This document shows positions 59,485-64,000 of a stretch of 64,000 nucleotides of DNA, in pieces. The first letter of the stretch is position 1. The number at the start of each line of letters is the position of its first letter. A program made the position numbers and the translations under genes. Below the pieces are notes generated by a model. The model saw only the letters and a program-made list of their open reading frames with translations, was not told where the DNA came from and did not search any database. The stretch is from the IMG/VR virus record IMGVR_UViG_3300031521_000001. One strand, written 5' to 3'. This DNA comes from a virus.

Positions 59485-59822
59485 TGGAAATAGATAGATT
59501 TAGAAATGAAGCAAAAATATTATCTAATGACACAAAAGAATTGTTTTTAGATTTGTGGGATGATACATTATTTCTAACTAAATTGTGTGTACAATCATAT
59601 GTAGATACATCCAATAATATTTTTTATCAATTGTCTTGCTCAATGCACAAATCTATTGATAAAGACACATATAATATTTATAAAACTTTATTTGATATTC
59701 TAGTTAGATGTGATGTTGATTTTAAGTTCGATAAAAATGAATTATCAGCTCAATTTGAGGATATCAATACTTTTATAAAAGAAATGAAAACATTAAAAGA
59801 TTCAAAAAAATTTAACATATAA
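59484..59822 (+). CDS. Tag family protein
   Basis: LFLDLWDD shared with previous; SKKFNI. Confidence 0.6.
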   Translation: MEIDRFRNEAKILSNDTKELFLDLWDDTLFLTKLCVQSYVDTSNNIFYQLSCSMHKSIDKDTYNIYKTLFDILVRCDVDFKFDKNELSAQFEDINTFIKEMKTLKDSKKFNI

Positions 59823-60247
59823 TGATTACAAACTTTAATACTAAATCAACAGACCACAATTTTTATTATCCTTCTGTTACAGGACCCCAAGGTAAAATTC
59901 CTTTTGCTGGTACAAATTATGGTGAGGAACCAAGAATTAAGAATTTTAAACAATATTTTGGTGAATACAGAAAGGGATCTGATAAATTTGGAAAATTAGT
60001 TGAAAGAATAATGGAATTTTTGAGATTACCAGAATTTAAAGATAGACTTAGTGAAAATGATGGATTGAAATTCTTTATTTATGACTTTGAAGCAAGATCT
60101 CACATCAAAGTAGATAAAATAAAGCAATTATTAAGTAATGATACAAACCTTTATAGTTTTGATATTAAGATAGATGATAAATATATAACATTTTCTAATA
60201 TAAACAAAACCAGAAAAGGTAGATATGTATCAGGTAGAAAAGATTAA
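59822..60247 (+). CDS. Hypothetical protein
   Basis: 141 aa, MITNF start. Confidence 0.55.
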   Translation: MITNFNTKSTDHNFYYPSVTGPQGKIPFAGTNYGEEPRIKNFKQYFGEYRKGSDKFGKLVERIMEFLRLPEFKDRLSENDGLKFFIYDFEARSHIKVDKIKQLLSNDTNLYSFDIKIDDKYITFSNINKTRKGRYVSGRKD

Positions 60248-60251
60248 ATTT

Positions 60252-61427
60252 ATGAATAAAAATTGGACATATATAATATTATTATCAATTGCGGCATTAT
60301 CATTAGCAGGTACTGCCGCATATTTTTCGATATTTGGATTAACAAAATTATTTGCTTCAGCAGGTTTAGGTATAACTATATTAGCAGCAGCACTTGAGTT
60401 TTCTAAATTAGTTACCGTATCGTATGTTTATCGTTATTGGAAAAAGATTAAACCAATATTAAGAGGATTTTATATTTTTGCTGTTGTTTTTATTATGTTT
60501 TTGACTTCGGTGGGTATATATGGATTTTTAACTGGAGCATATCAACAATCTGCTAATAAATTAGAAAGTAGAGATTCACAAATAAAGATAATGGAAAGTA
60601 AGAAATCTCTATTTATAACTCAATTAGATATGATGAATAAATCTATTGAGAGTTCAAATAGTAGAATTAACACTTTGTCTGGATTAAGAATACAGCAAGA
60701 AAAAAGATTAGATGATCTTTATAATAAAAAAAATAATAATGTTGCAAAAAATGCAGAGAGCCATATAGCAGGTTCAGATAATCAGATCAATATAATAAAT
60801 TCTGATATTACATCAAAAATGAAACAAGTCAGTATGTATAATGATTCTATTTCATTTTATGAACAGAAAATTATTGATTTGAAGTCATCAGATGCTACAA
60901 ATGAAATTGGTCCTTATAAATTTGTTGCTAAATTGACAGGTATTCCTATAGATAATTTAGTTAATATTGTAGCATTACTTATTATATGTGTATTTGACCC
61001 ATTAGCTATCGCATTATTGATAGGTGTCAATCAATTAACAGAAAATGAAGAAAATGTAAAAAAAGAAGATGATAAAAAAGAAGATGAAGATGAAATACCT
61101 GATGTTAAAAATAATTCAGAGAATATATTAGATAATCAAATAATATCACAAAAAAATAATATATCATCTGACAATATTAATTTTCATGATAATATTAGTT
61201 CAAATCAACAATATTACAATGATATGAAAGAAATATATGATGAATGGTTAAATGAAGAACTATTAAAAGAAAAATCAAAAGATGAATTAGTTGAAGAAAA
61301 AGTATCAGTTGAAGAAATTGAAGATTTTATGACATTATTTGATAAAAATTACGATGAAAATGAACTAATTACTGTAATAAAAAGAGATAACTTAATTACT
61401 GAGTATCACTACGATAAAAAACACTAA
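60252..61427 (+). CDS. Membrane protein with three N-terminal TM helices, coiled coil and fourth TM
   Basis: AAYFSIFGL, ALEFSKLV, TSVGIYGFL, VFDPLAI. Confidence 0.7.
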   Translation: MNKNWTYIILLSIAALSLAGTAAYFSIFGLTKLFASAGLGITILAAALEFSKLVTVSYVYRYWKKIKPILRGFYIFAVVFIMFLTSVGIYGFLTGAYQQSANKLESRDSQIKIMESKKSLFITQLDMMNKSIESSNSRINTLSGLRIQQEKRLDDLYNKKNNNVAKNAESHIAGSDNQINIINSDITSKMKQVSMYNDSISFYEQKIIDLKSSDATNEIGPYKFVAKLTGIPIDNLVNIVALLIICVFDPLAIALLIGVNQLTENEENVKKEDDKKEDEDEIPDVKNNSENILDNQIISQKNNISSDNINFHDNISSNQQYYNDMKEIYDEWLNEELLKEKSKDELVEEKVSVEEIEDFMTLFDKNYDENELITVIKRDNLITEYHYDKKH

Positions 61428-61487
61428 AATCGTCAAAAAACATAAACAACATATATAATATTTAATATAATATAAAAATAATTATGA

Positions 61488-63077
61488 TTGATGATAAAAT
61501 ATGATAAAATAGAAATAAAAATATCAAGTAATAATGTTAATCATTATAGAAGTAAAGGATATGAATGTAATATTAAAGATATTATAACTATTAATGTTAC
61601 TGATTTGATGAATCAATCAACAAAAAAAATAATAGCGGTGTGCGATGTATGCGGTTCTGAACAAGAAATAGAATATAGAAAATATGTTAATAATAAAAAA
61701 AATAAGAATTTTTATGTTTGTTCACCATCATGTGCTAGAGAAAAAGTGAAAATAACTAACAAAGAAAAATATGGAGATGAGAATTATTCAAATGTAGAAA
61801 AAAGAAATAAAACTTGCTTAGAAAAATATGGAGATGAAAATTATAAAAATTTTGAAAAAACAAAGAAAACAAATTTAGAAAAATATGGGTTTGAATATAC
61901 TATACAAAATAATGATGTAAAAGAAAAAAGACAAAAGACAAACATAATAAAATTTAATTTTGATTCACCTATGAAAAATGATGAAATTAAAATTAAAAGA
62001 AGTAATACCATGATAAATAGATATGGTGTGAAAAATTATAATAATATTGAAAAATCATTATTTGCAATAAAAAATTCAAATATTGAAAAATTGAAACTTA
62101 AATTTAACGTTAATGTAATTGATTATAAAGATAAGTTATTTTATATAAAATGTGAAAAAGGACATGAATATAAAGCTACGTATGATATAATAAGTAAAAG
62201 ATATTTATATAATACTGATATTTGTACAATTTGTAATCCAATTGGAGTGACATATTCTAATGAGGAAAAAAAATTATCAGAATTTATATCTGAAAATTAT
62301 AGTGGAGAAATAATATTAAACAATAGAAGTGTAATAAAACCATATGAGTTAGATATTTATTTGCCTGAATTGAATTTGGCATTTGAATATAATGGATTGT
62401 ATTGGCATAGTGAGCTATATAAAGAAAAAAATTATCATAAGAATAAATATAAAATGTGTGAAATAAATAATATACAACTCATACAAATTTGGGAAGATGA
62501 TTGGTTAAATATAAATGATGTTGTTAAATCAATGATATTAAATAAGTTAGTAAAAACTAAAACTAAGATATATGCTAGAAAATGTGAAATAAGAGAAATT
62601 TATGATAATATATTAATTAAAGAGTTTTTAAACCAAAATCACATTCAAGGTTTTGTTGGATCAAAAATTAAAATTGGACTTTTTTATTGTAATGAGCTGG
62701 TGAGTCTAATGACATTTTCAGAAAAAACTAAAACTAAGATTTATGAATTAAATAGATTTTGTAATAGTCTTAACACTAATGTTATTGGAGGCGCTAGTAA
62801 ACTATTTAATTATTTTATAACAAATTATAAGTACGATAAAATAATATCATTTTCAAATAATTCTTATTCTAATGGTAAATTATATGAAAAATTAAAATTT
62901 ATCAAAACAACAGAACTAAAAGAAGATTATTCTTACATTGTGAATGGTATAAGAATTCATAAATTTAATTTTAGAAAAAAAGAAAATCAAATAGAAACCG
63001 AAAGAGAATTAATGTTAAGTAAAAAATGTTATAGAATTTATGATGCTGGTAAAATAAAATTTACCTATCCATTATAA
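61488..63077 (+). CDS. Vsr-like homing endonuclease with KKYG repeats
   Basis: ELDIYLPELNLAFEYNGLYWH; intact paralog. Confidence 0.85.
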   Translation: MMIKYDKIEIKISSNNVNHYRSKGYECNIKDIITINVTDLMNQSTKKIIAVCDVCGSEQEIEYRKYVNNKKNKNFYVCSPSCAREKVKITNKEKYGDENYSNVEKRNKTCLEKYGDENYKNFEKTKKTNLEKYGFEYTIQNNDVKEKRQKTNIIKFNFDSPMKNDEIKIKRSNTMINRYGVKNYNNIEKSLFAIKNSNIEKLKLKFNVNVIDYKDKLFYIKCEKGHEYKATYDIISKRYLYNTDICTICNPIGVTYSNEEKKLSEFISENYSGEIILNNRSVIKPYELDIYLPELNLAFEYNGLYWHSELYKEKNYHKNKYKMCEINNIQLIQIWEDDWLNINDVVKSMILNKLVKTKTKIYARKCEIREIYDNILIKEFLNQNHIQGFVGSKIKIGLFYCNELVSLMTFSEKTKTKIYELNRFCNSLNTNVIGGASKLFNYFITNYKYDKIISFSNNSYSNGKLYEKLKFIKTTELKEDYSYIVNGIRIHKFNFRKKENQIETERELMLSKKCYRIYDAGKIKFTYPL

Positions 63078-63813
63078 ACCATCCAGTATTTGTTTCTGAT
63101 CTAACTTTCTCTATTATAGCATCCATTTTTTCTTTACCTTGAGAAATCATGTCGGCAGCATTATATTGAAATGAACCAGGCATATTGAAATTAAATCTTC
63201 CTACTGCTTGTCCCATCCTCATTTGACATAATCCTATAAGATATTGTTTGAAATATACATTATCAAAAAGTTCTTCTTCTTCAATTCTTGAATATATCTC
63301 TAACATCATATCAGTATCAATCATTGTTAATAAATTTAGATGCTTGCTTATATGATTGAAATTAAATCTTAATGTATTAGTTGTCATTTTGTTTATTTGA
63401 TCTGCAAAACTACTAATAACTGAACGATATACTCCTAATTCACCTGCTGTTGTTACAAAACTTGTCAAAAATGGCTGATTAGTTACTCCAAGATTAATTG
63501 ATAATTGAGGTGCTTGAATACCAAGTCTAAACATATTTGGATTATCAATTTTAACTATTCTAACCAAATCTTCTACTTCAGGTGGTAATACAATTGTTTT
63601 ATTTCTATGATACTCATCAGTGTATATAAAATCTTTTTTAAGATAATAAAACATTTTAATTTTAGAGAATTGATAATTTTTATAAAACCAATCCAATGCT
63701 TCTTCTCTAATTAAACGAATTATTTCCATATCAGGTAAAATTTTATCAAAAAGTCCAGATATTGTCAAATCACCTTGAACGATATCAACCAATTGATCGA
63801 TTGTCATTGCCAT
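63061..63813 (-). CDS. Neck/head-completion protein (T4 gp13-like)
   Basis: EALDWF, MGQAVGRFNFNMPGSFQYN..QGKE. Confidence 0.65.
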   Translation of the reverse strand: MAMTIDQLVDIVQGDLTISGLFDKILPDMEIIRLIREEALDWFYKNYQFSKIKMFYYLKKDFIYTDEYHRNKTIVLPPEVEDLVRIVKIDNPNMFRLGIQAPQLSINLGVTNQPFLTSFVTTAGELGVYRSVISSFADQINKMTTNTLRFNFNHISKHLNLLTMIDTDMMLEIYSRIEEEELFDNVYFKQYLIGLCQMRMGQAVGRFNFNMPGSFQYNAADMISQGKEKMDAIIEKVRSETNTGWFIMDR

Positions 63814-64000
63814 AATTACAAATTATTATTTTTGGTATATATAAATTTTAAGAATCATAAATTAAAAATTTCAGATTCTTTTATTAAATATTCTTAATAT
63901 ATTTTAGAATATTATTATTTAATTATTCTTTAATTAACATCCAAGTGAGTCCAGACTATATGTTCTTCAATATTAAAATTTCTAAATACTTTATCAAATA

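Noticed and set aside
1-64000. Stop-codon reassignment
   Set aside because: Long conserved genes are intact in code 11, and TAA, TAG and TGA all end genes; the in-frame TAA at 52669 is isolated
1-64000. CRISPR array or cas genes
   Set aside because: No regularly spaced repeats; repeats seen are protein-coding Zn/KKYG repeats, promoters and microsatellites

Overview
Very AT-rich 64 kb segment of a large (jumbo-type, T4-like myovirus-related) bacteriophage genome, read in the standard genetic code. Repeated TTTG-N19-20-TAnnTTTG promoters point to a Bacteroidota host. It carries virion genes (baseplate wedge, gp25-like, neck) and a terminase large subunit fractured into two genes by an atypically split intein, with an antisense homing endonuclease between the halves. 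Replication genes include a clamp, a primase, a stand-alone C-terminal half of PolB, exonucleases and methyltransferases. Host-like auxiliary genes include mgsA, pncA, pncB, smpB, infC, pepF, an alarmone hydrolase-like HD protein and Hc1. There are many free-standing endonucleases and a minus-strand cluster of 10 tRNAs (Ser, Lys, His, Phe, Trp only). The most striking observation is a candidate ribosome-dependent attenuator directly upstream of this tRNA operon. Its 35-codon leader peptide has codons 5-18 encoding only Ser/Lys/His/Phe/Trp, exactly the amino acids of the downstream tRNAs, and an antiterminator segment perfectly complementary to the 5' arm of an intrinsic terminator. Other unusual items are class-I tRNAs with long variable arms, an 8/4 Sec-like tRNA-Ser, a tRNA-like RNA with a ~115 nt insert, and two families of unrelated small proteins sharing terminal peptide tags. 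All calls come from reading the sequence by eye; no searches or folding programs were run.
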